Source: Candidatus Parcubacteria bacterium (GTDB lineage Bacteria; Patescibacteriota; Minisyncoccia; Phycocordibacterales; CAIZLB01). Taken from it: a stretch of 64,000 nucleotides of DNA. Below, one piece after another: positions 19,670 through 28,530 of this stretch (the first letter of the stretch is position 1; each line of letters opens with the position of its first letter). The notes beneath the pieces were generated by a model. The model saw only the letters and a program-made list of their open reading frames with translations. It ran no database searches and was not told the DNA's origin. The translations under genes and the position numbers were made by a program. The stretch covers positions 25,347-89,346 of the forward strand of contig JAYUPL010000014.1 in assembly GCA_043760135.1 (NCBI GenBank), read 5' to 3'.

Positions 19670-20465
19670 ATGACAAATTCTCACCTAAATATAGACCAAA
19701 TCTGTGAAGTTTTAGACATCAAAACGACCACAAAGCGCATACTTTTGCTGTTGAATAGAGAAGAATAATCTCTCAGTTTCCGATATTTCCTCAGAGCTAA
19801 AAATCCCAAAATCCTCAATATATGACTCATTAAACGAGCTTATCGAAAAAAGTATCGTAATTGAATACATGGAAGGACGCTCAAAAACCTTCGGTATCTC
19901 AGACCTATCCCAACTTGAGTCTGTATATAAGAAGAAAATAGATAGTTTAGAATCGGCACATAAATCATTCATTTCATATATTCAAGAAAATTTACATAAA
20001 GAAGATAAAAAAGTTGGATTATCCCGTCCAAGAATAAAGTTTTATTATGGCGTAGAAGGTATGAGACAAGCTTTCAGAGATACTCCTTGGGTAGCAGAAC
20101 ATAAAGACACCTATCTGATGTGGCCAATGGTTGAAATGGTAAATTTGTTAGGTGAAGATTTTTTGATCCACCATGGAACCTCAAGATTTAATCATGATGT
20201 TTTAATGCAAGTTGTGCAGAAGCATAGTGATAAGGAAAAAGTTCCGGAATCATTCAAATGGAAAAATCATGACATTGAGCAAAAATTAACACAGATTCGA
20301 TTTGCTCCTAAAAATATGGATTGGTCTATTAGTTATTGGATATATGGAGATCAGGTTTTATTTGCAGGGTCAGGATATGAAAAATATGCGTTTGTGGTAT
20401 ATAGTCGAGAATTTGCCCAGTTGATGAAGTTGATGTGGCAGCAAGTGTGGAGTGTTTCGGAATAA
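19670..20465 (+). pseudogene. TrmB-family regulator with a +1 frameshift (pseudogene or sequencing error)
   Basis: Frame from ATG 19670 stops at 19768; removing one A at 19754-19755 joins it to SVSDISSELKIPKSSIYDSL (HTH) and the FYYGVEG domain. Confidence 0.75.
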
Positions 20466-20477
20466 GTTTTGAAAAAA

Positions 20478-20927
20478 CTAAATCCACTTTCTCACTTTAT
20501 TTTTGTATTCAGTAAAAATATTTCCAAACTTAGATTGTAAAAACTTTTCTTCTTTTCGTATTAAAAAATAATCTAAACATATTCCTATAAAAATAGTATC
20601 TATAAAAATCCATAGACTGTTAAACAGTAAGGCGATTCCTACATTGATTAATATAACAGCAAGATAAATAGGGTTTCTTGAATATTTATAAATTCCTGTA
20701 TCGATAATATCTGTAACAATATTATTTGGTCCAGCTTTTATTTTATATTTTTTAAATTCTATTTTTGATGAAAATATAATTGACCAGCTAAGTGATAAAA
20801 TTAATATACCGAGAATAAAGTTAAATCTGAAATGTAAATCTGTAGAATAAAAATATTCTAATATTGAAGCAACAACCAAGTTTGAATATAAAATGAAATC
20901 AGATGTTTGGAAGAAATTTTTATGCAT
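20478..20927 (-). CDS. Isoprenylcysteine carboxylmethyltransferase (ICMT/PEMT) family protein
   Basis: TGIYKYSRNPIY, KEEKFL..KFG..EYK..VRKW. Confidence 0.88.
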   Translation of the reverse strand: MHKNFFQTSDFILYSNLVVASILEYFYSTDLHFRFNFILGILILSLSWSIIFSSKIEFKKYKIKAGPNNIVTDIIDTGIYKYSRNPIYLAVILINVGIALLFNSLWIFIDTIFIGICLDYFLIRKEEKFLQSKFGNIFTEYKNKVRKWI

Positions 20928-21040
20928 GATTGTATTATATAATATTTTAGATTTTCTATTTGACACCACCTAAAAAAAGTATATTGTATAAAAAGATTTG
21001 GACAGGTAAAGTGCCTTTTCCCCAAGTCAAAATTTGCAAT

Positions 21041-21589
21041 ATGAAAACATGTGGATGGATAATTGCTACGGTTGTGGAAGTTACATCAAGAGAAATAAAG
21101 TTTCGTGTGGACGAATCAGAAATTTTCAAAAATTTACCTAAATTTGCTGACTTACTCGGACAAACTCTTGCGATTTCGAAGAAGGATAAGTTTTGGAAGT
21201 CTGAGATTTGTAAGGGGCGCAGGCACCCTATTACCTTCAACAGGACCGAGAAAGAAATCATTTTTTCTGAAAAGTCTGAACATGTATTACTTATTTCTTG
21301 TAATGATACAGCCCCAGTAAGGCTAATAGGCACTGGTTCCAAAGAGGGGTTGTATAGATTACTTGGAAGAAGTTATGTCCCAGCTGAAATGATATACCGG
21401 GTAAATATTCCTTTACTGGAAGGTTTTGTGAAGGGTACACTGAGTGAAATTGTTCATAAATTAAGGTGTTTTCATTCCGGTGACCCTGAGGTATATCTCA
21501 CTCATGAAAAAACAACCTGGTTTATTTTAGCTCCAGACGGAGGTCTTAAAGACACTACGATGCCTCTACTGACACAAAAGGTGAGGTAA
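21041..21589 (+). CDS. Hypothetical protein
   Basis: ATG 21041 lies downstream of TTGACA (20959); hairpin downstream of the stop. Confidence 0.5.
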   Translation: MKTCGWIIATVVEVTSREIKFRVDESEIFKNLPKFADLLGQTLAISKKDKFWKSEICKGRRHPITFNRTEKEIIFSEKSEHVLLISCNDTAPVRLIGTGSKEGLYRLLGRSYVPAEMIYRVNIPLLEGFVKGTLSEIVHKLRCFHSGDPEVYLTHEKTTWFILAPDGGLKDTTMPLLTQKVR

Positions 21590-21699
21590 GATCCTTCAAT
21601 TTCAATGATTTCTGCAATACTTTCGAGTAGTGCAGGGATTTTTTAATAAAAAGGGTATGTTTCTTGCAAAAAACCCCAAAATATAGTACATTACTGCTC

Positions 21700-22119
21700 A
21701 TGCCTACATTAAATCAATTAGTAAAAAGAAATCGTTCAAAGGCAGTTAAAAAGAGTAAAGCTATTGCACTTACTCGTGGTTTTAACAGTATTTTAAACAA
21801 ACCTATCTTTTATACATCTCCTCAAAAAAGAGGTGTGTGTATTAAAGTTACAACAAAGACTCCGAAAAAACCTAACTCGGCTGTTCGTAAGATTGCTCGT
21901 GTGAGACTTACAAATGGTATCGAGGTTACAGCATATATCGGAGGTGAAGGACATAACTTACAAGAGCACTCAGTGGTACTACTACGTGGTGGTCGTGTAA
22001 AGGATGTTGGTATTAGATATACAGTGGTTCGCGGTAAGCTAGACTGTGCCGGCGTTGCAAAAAGACGTAAGGGCCGTTCTATGTATGGTAACAAGAGACC
22101 AAAAGCCACTACAAAATAA
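21700..22119 (+). CDS. rpsL: 30S ribosomal protein uS12
   Basis: [26 protein letters not shown]. Confidence 0.98.
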   Translation: MPTLNQLVKRNRSKAVKKSKAIALTRGFNSILNKPIFYTSPQKRGVCIKVTTKTPKKPNSAVRKIARVRLTNGIEVTAYIGGEGHNLQEHSVVLLRGGRVKDVGIRYTVVRGKLDCAGVAKRRKGRSMYGNKRPKATTK

Positions 22120-22259
22120 TTGGCAGCAAAATAATCTTTGAACGAGATCATTTCAAATCAAAAAAAATCCAGTTGGAGTACTCGTGCCGCGAGGAATAAA
22201 AACTTACAACAGCTGGTAAATTTATAAACATAAATTATTAAACAAATTAAAATAAAAAT

Positions 22260-22730
22260 ATGAGAAGAAAAGTAAAAAACCGAAACGTCGCTGGAGTTGA
22301 TCCACGCTTCGATTCACTAACATTAGGAAAATTTATTAACTATGTTATGTGGGACGGTAAAAAATCTACAGCAAGAACTGTCGTATATGACATGCTTGAA
22401 GTATTAAAAGAAAAAACTGGAAACGAAAATCCTATTGAGATTTTTGATACAGCGATTAAGAACGTATCTCCTCAAGTTGAAGTTCGATCAAGAAGAGTTG
22501 GTGGTGCAAACTATCAGGTTCCTTATGAGATCAGACAAGACAGAAGAACTTTCTTAGCTATGAACTGGATCATTGGTGCAGCTCGTAATAAAAAAGGAAA
22601 GCCTATGCACTTAAAATTGTCAGACGAGATATTGGCTGCAATGAAAGGTGAAGGTGAAGCTATGAAGAAAAGAGAGAATACACACAAGATGGCTGAGGCT
22701 AACAAAGCCTTCGCACACATGGCTTGGTAA
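22260..22730 (+). CDS. rpsG: 30S ribosomal protein uS7
   Basis: RRVGGANYQVP, HKMAEANKAFAH. Confidence 0.98.
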   Translation: MRRKVKNRNVAGVDPRFDSLTLGKFINYVMWDGKKSTARTVVYDMLEVLKEKTGNENPIEIFDTAIKNVSPQVEVRSRRVGGANYQVPYEIRQDRRTFLAMNWIIGAARNKKGKPMHLKLSDEILAAMKGEGEAMKKRENTHKMAEANKAFAHMAW

Positions 22731-22752
22731 TCTCGTATTTTTATAGAGTGAT

Positions 22753-22780
22753 GAAAGACTCCAGAGATGGAGTTTTTCTT
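22753..22780 (+). terminator. Intrinsic terminator after rpsG
   Basis: GACTCCA-GAGA-TGGAGTT followed by a T-run. Confidence 0.7.
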
Positions 22781-22914
22781 TGTACCCCTTTATGGGGTGT
22801 GTTTTATAACTTTATAAAAAATACTGTAAAAATTTAAATTTTCTTGATCAGTATTTTATGTTGTTTTTGCTAACGTAAAACATTACAAAAACAGATATAC
22901 AAAAAATAAAAAGA

Positions 22915-23277
22915 TTGATTCTTGAGTACTATCTCCTCGAGTCTGGTGTTCTTATTGATAATCATGAAGAATTGTTGATTGTAATAGAGAGCCTCAAAGT
23001 TTACATTTCAAGACGAGCTTTAAAACATTTTGTTGAAAGAAGGAAAAGTAAGAATTTAAATATTGTAATGCTACACAAAGCAATTGATTTTATTAAACCG
23101 ACAATATTGTCATATGATGTTATTGAATATTTTGAACCTAATAAATATATCTATATAAAGCATTTTTACCGAATCAATATGCCCTCACTTAGGGTTGTGG
23201 CAGAGGTTATTGATAATCATCTGCAAATAAAATCAATTCATTACAGGATATATAAAAAGACCCAACCCGAAGGTTGA
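22915..23277 (+). CDS. Small putative RNase/toxin-like protein (possible BECR/PBECR fold); start uncertain
   Basis: ISRRALKHFVERR helix, YIYIKHF strand, LRVVAEV and IKSIHY terminal strands; no ATG at the 5' end (ATT 22882 or TTG 22915). Confidence 0.5.
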   Translation: MILEYYLLESGVLIDNHEELLIVIESLKVYISRRALKHFVERRKSKNLNIVMLHKAIDFIKPTILSYDVIEYFEPNKYIYIKHFYRINMPSLRVVAEVIDNHLQIKSIHYRIYKKTQPEG

Positions 23278-23285
23278 ATCTTTTT
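23254..23285. terminator. Bidirectional intrinsic terminator
   Basis: AAAAAGACCCAACC-CGAA-GGTTGAATCTTTTT (UUCG loop on the minus strand). Confidence 0.75.
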
Positions 23286-23373
23286 ATCATAGTTGGGGTG
23301 TCGGCACTGCACCCATGAGTACTCTAGTTTTTACTAGTGCCCGCAGCGGCCATTTCTGTCGTCAAGCTATATG
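23254..23373 (-). ncRNA. Candidate structured small RNA, about 120 nt, convergent with 22915-23277
   Basis: Consensus promoter upstream, terminator at the 3' end, multi-stem fold, no substantial ORF. Confidence 0.55.
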
Positions 23374-23379
23374 TTTAGA

Positions 23380-23407
23380 ATTATATTCTTTTCAAATATT
23401 TTGTCAA
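23380..23407 (-). promoter_or_regulatory. Consensus sigma70 promoter for the candidate sRNA
   Basis: Minus strand TTGACA(23407-23402)-16 nt-TATAAT(23385-23380). Confidence 0.7.
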
Positions 23408-23436
23408 ATAATACTTATATATGCTATAAATGACAC

Positions 23437-24390
23437 ATGAAGATTTCGCAGGATAAACCCCTAGACCCCTCATACACCGTAATACTATTTTACAAATATA
23501 CTCCGATAAAAGAATTGGATCGTTGTTTGAATTGGCAAAGAGGGATATGTAGAAAATATAATCTCACAGGAAGAATCCGTTTGGCTTCAGAGGGAATAAA
23601 TGCAACATTAGAAGGTAAAAATGAAGACATTGAAAAATATATTAATGAAATAAAAACAGATTTAAAATATCATGACTTGCATGATGTGGAAATAAAAACA
23701 TCGGTTGGTAGTGGCTTTGCGTTTAATAATTTATCAGTAAAAATCGTAACTGAGATAGTAAAGCTTGGACTTGGAACAGAAGACATTGATCCAAATCAAT
23801 TAACTGGAGTTCATTTAAAACCTTCAGGGTTAAGAGAGTGGTATGAAAACAATGATGACTTTGTTGTTATTGATATGAGAAATGATTATGAGTTTAGAGT
23901 TGGACATTTTAAAAATTCTATCAATCCACCAATTACAAACTTTAGAGAGATTGCAGATGTGTTACCTGACATTGTAAAAGAAAATCCTGGCATAGAAAAC
24001 AAAAAAGTATTAACCGTATGTACGGGAGGGGTGCGTTGTGAAAAAGCATCAGGATATCTAATGAAGCAAGGGTTTAAAGATGTGTATCAACTGGATGGAG
24101 GAATGCATAAATATATGGAGGAGTTTCCAGGGAAAGATTTTCGTGGAGGATTGTTTACGTTTGATAATAGAGTAGTGATGGATTTTACAAAAGATAGAGA
24201 AGTTATTGGAGTGTGTGATATGTGTAATGAAAAGACAGAAAGATTTGATAATTGTATCAATGATGAATGTCATGTGCATATGATGGTGTGTCATGAATGT
24301 AGAGAGAAGAATAAGTTTATCTGGTGTTCAGATACATGTAGGGAGACCGGCAGAGTTGGGAAGGTGAGGTTTCGGGATATGGTGTTGTAA
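23437..24390 (+). CDS. trhO: tRNA uridine-34 hydroxylase TrhO (UPF0176 rhodanese-related)
   Basis: LFYKY, EGINAT, DMRNDYE..GHF, CTGGVRCEKA, FTFDNR, C-terminal Cys cluster. Confidence 0.9.
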   Translation: MKISQDKPLDPSYTVILFYKYTPIKELDRCLNWQRGICRKYNLTGRIRLASEGINATLEGKNEDIEKYINEIKTDLKYHDLHDVEIKTSVGSGFAFNNLSVKIVTEIVKLGLGTEDIDPNQLTGVHLKPSGLREWYENNDDFVVIDMRNDYEFRVGHFKNSINPPITNFREIADVLPDIVKENPGIENKKVLTVCTGGVRCEKASGYLMKQGFKDVYQLDGGMHKYMEEFPGKDFRGGLFTFDNRVVMDFTKDREVIGVCDMCNEKTERFDNCINDECHVHMMVCHECREKNKFIWCSDTCRETGRVGKVRFRDMVL

Positions 24391-24502
24391 GCTTTATATA
24401 TTCACGATATGTACCCTTTAAATCGTGAAAATATACGATTAAAGAGTACTTATTCACGGTTTAACTTGACTTTATAGTGAATAAAAGTATCATATTAGAT
24501 AT

Positions 24503-25384
24503 ATGATAATGTCTAATATATACAAAAAAATAGAAAATCTTCGTCAAAGGTACCAAAAAGCGTTACCAGGTAAGGAATCTTTGATAAAGATGATTGAAGA
24601 ATCAGAAGTTGCTGAACAGGTGTATAACTCAAATGCTATTGAAAACAGTACTCTTTCACTTGAAGAGACTGAAAAAATCATACTACAAATAGACCTAGAT
24701 AGATTCATATCCGAAAGAGAACTCTTCGAAGCTAAAAATCTAGCTCGAGTCGTTTCTTATATAAGCACGAAAGCAAAGGAAAAAGAGCTAGATCTTGATA
24801 TGATTTTACTTTTGCATAAAATGTTGATTTCAAATATTCAGGATGATATTGCGGGTAGGTTTAGAAAAAATGGTGAATGGGTTCGTGTTGGCAATCATAT
24901 CGCCCCAGACCCGCTTGAGGTCGTTTTAAGGCTTACTGACATGCTGGTTGAATATAACTCATACCCAAGTCATCCTATAACAAAAAGAGTTGCTTTAATG
25001 CATTTAATGTTCGAACACACTCACCCATTTTGTGATGGCAATGGTCGGATTGGCAGGATATTGAATAATTATGTACTTATACGAGAAGGTTTTGTTCCGA
25101 TCAATATAAAGTTCATAGACAGACAGTTGTATTATCAAGCATTTAAAGATTTTGATTTAAAAAATAGTATAGAAATAATGGAGGAAATTGTAGGCAAGGC
25201 GTTGTTAAATAGTTATCATAAAAGACTGGCATATCTTGAAGGGTTGAAAATTGTAACATTGGCAGAATATGCAAAGATGAAAAAGATGTCGCATCCAAAT
25301 CTTATAAATAAAGCCAATAGGCAGACGATAGAGGCGTTTTTGGATCAGGGGATTTGGAAGATTGGGGTGAGGGAGGGGGTGTAA
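24503..25384 (+). CDS. Fic family protein with C-terminal DNA-binding extension
   Basis: YNSNAIENSTL and HPFCDGNGRIGR Fic motif. Confidence 0.93.
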   Translation: MIMSNIYKKIENLRQRYQKALPGKESLIKMIEESEVAEQVYNSNAIENSTLSLEETEKIILQIDLDRFISERELFEAKNLARVVSYISTKAKEKELDLDMILLLHKMLISNIQDDIAGRFRKNGEWVRVGNHIAPDPLEVVLRLTDMLVEYNSYPSHPITKRVALMHLMFEHTHPFCDGNGRIGRILNNYVLIREGFVPINIKFIDRQLYYQAFKDFDLKNSIEIMEEIVGKALLNSYHKRLAYLEGLKIVTLAEYAKMKKMSHPNLINKANRQTIEAFLDQGIWKIGVREGV

Positions 25385-25387
25385 ACT

Positions 25388-26155
25388 TTACTTAATCGCA
25401 GTACTCCACACAAACAAAAAAATTTGCTTAAACATATTAGAAATAGTTGGAGATGAAATAGTCACTGCATAAATATTTCCATCTTTTAATGAAAATAATG
25501 CCACATGGTCTTCCATTGCAATCATTGTTGAATTAAATGGAAATTGATTTGGTAAAAATCTCACCTCTCTATATTCATCATTGGTATATGCTGGAAGATT
25601 GAGGTCTTTAACGAATTCTGGAGCAATCAGATGGGTAAATATTTTAAGTTTATTTTTACGATTAAGTACATTAGGTAGATATTTAGGAAAATTCTCTAAA
25701 AGTTCAGGGTGAGATACTGTATAAAGGTTTCTTTCTGTTTTTGTTTCTAAAATATCATAAAACCCATTAATAATATCTTTTATTGCATCCTTCCCTTCAT
25801 AAAATCTTACTTCTGGATGCAGGGTATTTTTTTGGAGTAGGGATTCAAGTTCGGGGAATATCTCTTTTATTATACTTGTTTTTGATTCAGCTTCTTTAAC
25901 TAATCGTCTAGGGTTTTCTGCATACCAGTAGGCAACCTGGTTTTTCTTAAATATGTTTACTAAATCACGCTTTTTTAATCTTTCCAGATCACAGTATACA
26001 GTGGTCCGGGGAAGGGTAAGATGTTTTGCAACCTGAAAAACAGTCTGATCTTTATTACTTAATAGGTAAAGATAGATTGAAGCCTCTCTGTCATTAAGGC
26101 CATATTCTATTAGATTTTGGGTTAAATTGTTTAGTGTCATAAAAGTGGACAACAT
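25388..26155 (-). CDS. TrmB-family transcriptional regulator
   Basis: GLNDREASIYLYLL, LPRTTVY HTH, PEVRFYEG, EVRFLP. Confidence 0.88.
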   Translation of the reverse strand: MLSTFMTLNNLTQNLIEYGLNDREASIYLYLLSNKDQTVFQVAKHLTLPRTTVYCDLERLKKRDLVNIFKKNQVAYWYAENPRRLVKEAESKTSIIKEIFPELESLLQKNTLHPEVRFYEGKDAIKDIINGFYDILETKTERNLYTVSHPELLENFPKYLPNVLNRKNKLKIFTHLIAPEFVKDLNLPAYTNDEYREVRFLPNQFPFNSTMIAMEDHVALFSLKDGNIYAVTISSPTISNMFKQIFLFVWSTAIK

Positions 26156-26297
26156 TAGTATATATTATATTGCTTTACATGTAAAGGTTTTATGTATTTT
26201 ACTATAAGAACAGTCATATTTCATGACATTAATTGACATTTAATATATTATGTTACTTGGAACTAGTTGTTCCAAAAGAACCCTAAAAATCAACAAT

Positions 26298-26990
26298 ATG
26301 ATCGGATTATCAAATAGTGTACGACTTGAGCAACGTGTATATTATCGTCAGTCTTTGTCCTTGGATTTGAGACTGGGTTGTGATCTCACAATAGAACAAC
26401 GAGTAGATCAAATCGATACAGGAAACTGGTACTATGCAAGTTTCATTGATTTTATTGATCGTGCTATAGGTCATCAGATTTTACCGTCTGCAACCTGTCT
26501 CAATTGTTATCATGAGCTTTCAATCGCTGAAATCGTTGTGGGCTTTAAAAGAGATAGGGATGATTTCACGACACAATGTCCAACATGTAAGAAAAGGTTT
26601 GAAGCAACAAACCTGCTTGATCGTCGGACAGGAAAGGAAACCCAGTTCTGGTGTGATGAACAAACACTTGCACGATTGTATAGCAAAGAGCATCTCGAAG
26701 TTGAGGAGTTTGAGGCTAAGCATCCAGAAATCTATTACTCTGCACTTTTTCACTTCGGTAGTTTATTGAATGCTTTTAGCAAAATTAAAATCAAGTATCA
26801 TAAAGAGAAGCTAAATTGGCCTGATAAGGCTAAACTTTTTCTGGGACAGATTCCTGATATTGATGTTGCGAAAGTGTTCGGTGTTAAAATCTCTGAGATT
26901 AGAAAAGCTCGCATCGAATTTGGTATCGATGCATTCCCAAGAAGTAAATCTATTATGCCTGCAAACTGGAAACCCTATAGAAACAACTAA
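26298..26990 (+). CDS. Hypothetical Zn-ribbon/HTH protein
   Basis: CLNC and CPTC pairs; C-terminal PDIDVAKVFGV..IRKARIEFGI HTH-like segment. Confidence 0.65.
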   Translation: MIGLSNSVRLEQRVYYRQSLSLDLRLGCDLTIEQRVDQIDTGNWYYASFIDFIDRAIGHQILPSATCLNCYHELSIAEIVVGFKRDRDDFTTQCPTCKKRFEATNLLDRRTGKETQFWCDEQTLARLYSKEHLEVEEFEAKHPEIYYSALFHFGSLLNAFSKIKIKYHKEKLNWPDKAKLFLGQIPDIDVAKVFGVKISEIRKARIEFGIDAFPRSKSIMPANWKPYRNN

Positions 26991-26991
26991 C

Positions 26992-27246
26992 ATGCAACAC
27001 AACGGAGAAAATACAAAACTGGAAAAAGGAGATATATGTCGTTGGTTCAAAGGACATGGAACTATTACGTTTATCCGAGACTTAAAACATATGCGGATAC
27101 ACGAAGGTCAGGATGATAAATTCTGTGTCCAATCAATATCCTTCCTTCATTTTGCAGAAATGGTAAAAATGGTATCGGAAGCAACAGGTATGAAAGCGAG
27201 TATTCATGCAGACAACGAGCAGTTTGCGGATTACATATTCAGCTGA
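26992..27246 (+). CDS. Small hypothetical protein
   Basis: ATG 1 nt after the upstream stop (operon-like); 84 aa. Confidence 0.45.
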   Translation: MQHNGENTKLEKGDICRWFKGHGTITFIRDLKHMRIHEGQDDKFCVQSISFLHFAEMVKMVSEATGMKASIHADNEQFADYIFS

Positions 27247-27425
27247 CAGATTTGTTTATAATCATCAAACGCACGGACTCTTAATGGAGTACCGGCGTTT
27301 TTTTCTTGATTTGGATAATTTAAAAAGGACTAAACCTATACTTAAGTACAGGAAAAAGGGTGGTTTTTCTATACTTGAGTATAGGAAATTTAGAATTTGA
27401 CACCAATGATATAATTAAATAATCA

Positions 27426-28250
27426 ATGAATAAAAAAGCTGATAACAAAAAAATAACTATCTTTGAGGATAAAGAAATACGTCGCGTGTGGCATGATGAG
27501 CGATGGTTTTTTGTTGTCGAAGATGTTATCAAAGCCCTTATTGACTCAAACGATGCTAAGCAGTATATACAGAAAATGAGAACACGTGATCTTGAATTAA
27601 ATCAAGGGTGGGTACAAATTGTACTGACCCTTGACGTGTCAACAAAAGGTGGTCTTCAGAAAATGATATGCTCTGACATGGAAGGTGTTTTTCGTATAAT
27701 CCAATCAGTATCATCCCCTAAAGCTGAACCATTCAAGCTCTGGCTAGCTCGAATAGGTAAAGAAAGACTGGAAGAAATAGCAAACCCTGAACTCGCTGTG
27801 GCTCGGGCTAAAGAACTATATGAGAAAAAAGGCTATGACAAGTCGTGGATAGATAAACGCATGCGAGGCATTGCAGTTCGTAACACTTTGACTGATGAAT
27901 GGAAAAACCGTGGAGCAAAAGGTTCTGATTATGCAATTCTGTCTGATGAGATATATAAAGCAACATTTGATAAAACTGCAAAAGAATACATGGATCATAA
28001 AAGCCTTGATAAAAAAGCGGGGGATAATCTTCGTGATCATATGGGTGATATCGAGCTTATCTTGACTATGCTTGGTGAAGCAACGACAACAGAGCTTTCG
28101 ACAACTAAAGATTCTCAGGGTATTGTTGCGCTTAAACAAGATGCTGAAACTGGTGGAGAAGTTGCTGGGCGGACACGGAAAGATATTGAGGAGAAGACGG
28201 GTAAGTTGTTGGTGTCGAAGAGGAATTTTAAGGATAGGAAACGGATTTAA
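27426..28250 (+). CDS. Bro-N domain (phage antirepressor-like) protein
   Basis: IFEDKEIRRVW..WFFVVEDV, IIQSVSSPKAEPFKLWLA, NLRDHM. Confidence 0.9.
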   Translation: MNKKADNKKITIFEDKEIRRVWHDERWFFVVEDVIKALIDSNDAKQYIQKMRTRDLELNQGWVQIVLTLDVSTKGGLQKMICSDMEGVFRIIQSVSSPKAEPFKLWLARIGKERLEEIANPELAVARAKELYEKKGYDKSWIDKRMRGIAVRNTLTDEWKNRGAKGSDYAILSDEIYKATFDKTAKEYMDHKSLDKKAGDNLRDHMGDIELILTMLGEATTTELSTTKDSQGIVALKQDAETGGEVAGRTRKDIEEKTGKLLVSKRNFKDRKRI

Positions 28251-28288
28251 CTATTACATTTTTCGAACCATCGATGTATAATACATAT

Positions 28289-28372
28289 GTGCTTGTTAAG
28301 CGAAAGCTTTATATCGGCTACTAAGCTGAAGGTAGGCATTGATAAAGATCTCGTTCTCGTAACGGGTTTTTA
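28289..28372 (+). ncRNA. Candidate small three-way-junction RNA with terminator
   Basis: TATAAT at 28277-28282; hairpins AAGC-GAAA-GCTT and TCGGCT-ACTA-AGCTGA closed by GTGCTTG/TAGGCAT; hairpin plus T-run. Confidence 0.35.
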
Positions 28373-28530
28373 TGTTATACGTTAGTCATTATAACTTTAT
28401 ATTTAGGGTTTGAATCAAGTAAACTTTATAAAGTTTGGTAAATATTAAGTCTGAGTATAAAGTTTGCTTACATCAAAGGGTTTTAAGGGTGCTTTGTAAA
28501 TATATAAAACTAGGCTACAATATTACCTAT

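Noticed and set aside
27426-28250. Prophage suggested by the Bro-N antirepressor genes
   Set aside because: No integrase, terminase or structural genes nearby
28289-28340. Hammerhead ribozyme
   Set aside because: GAAA and CUGA sit in a loop and a stem rather than in the required CUGANGA/GAAA/UH junction
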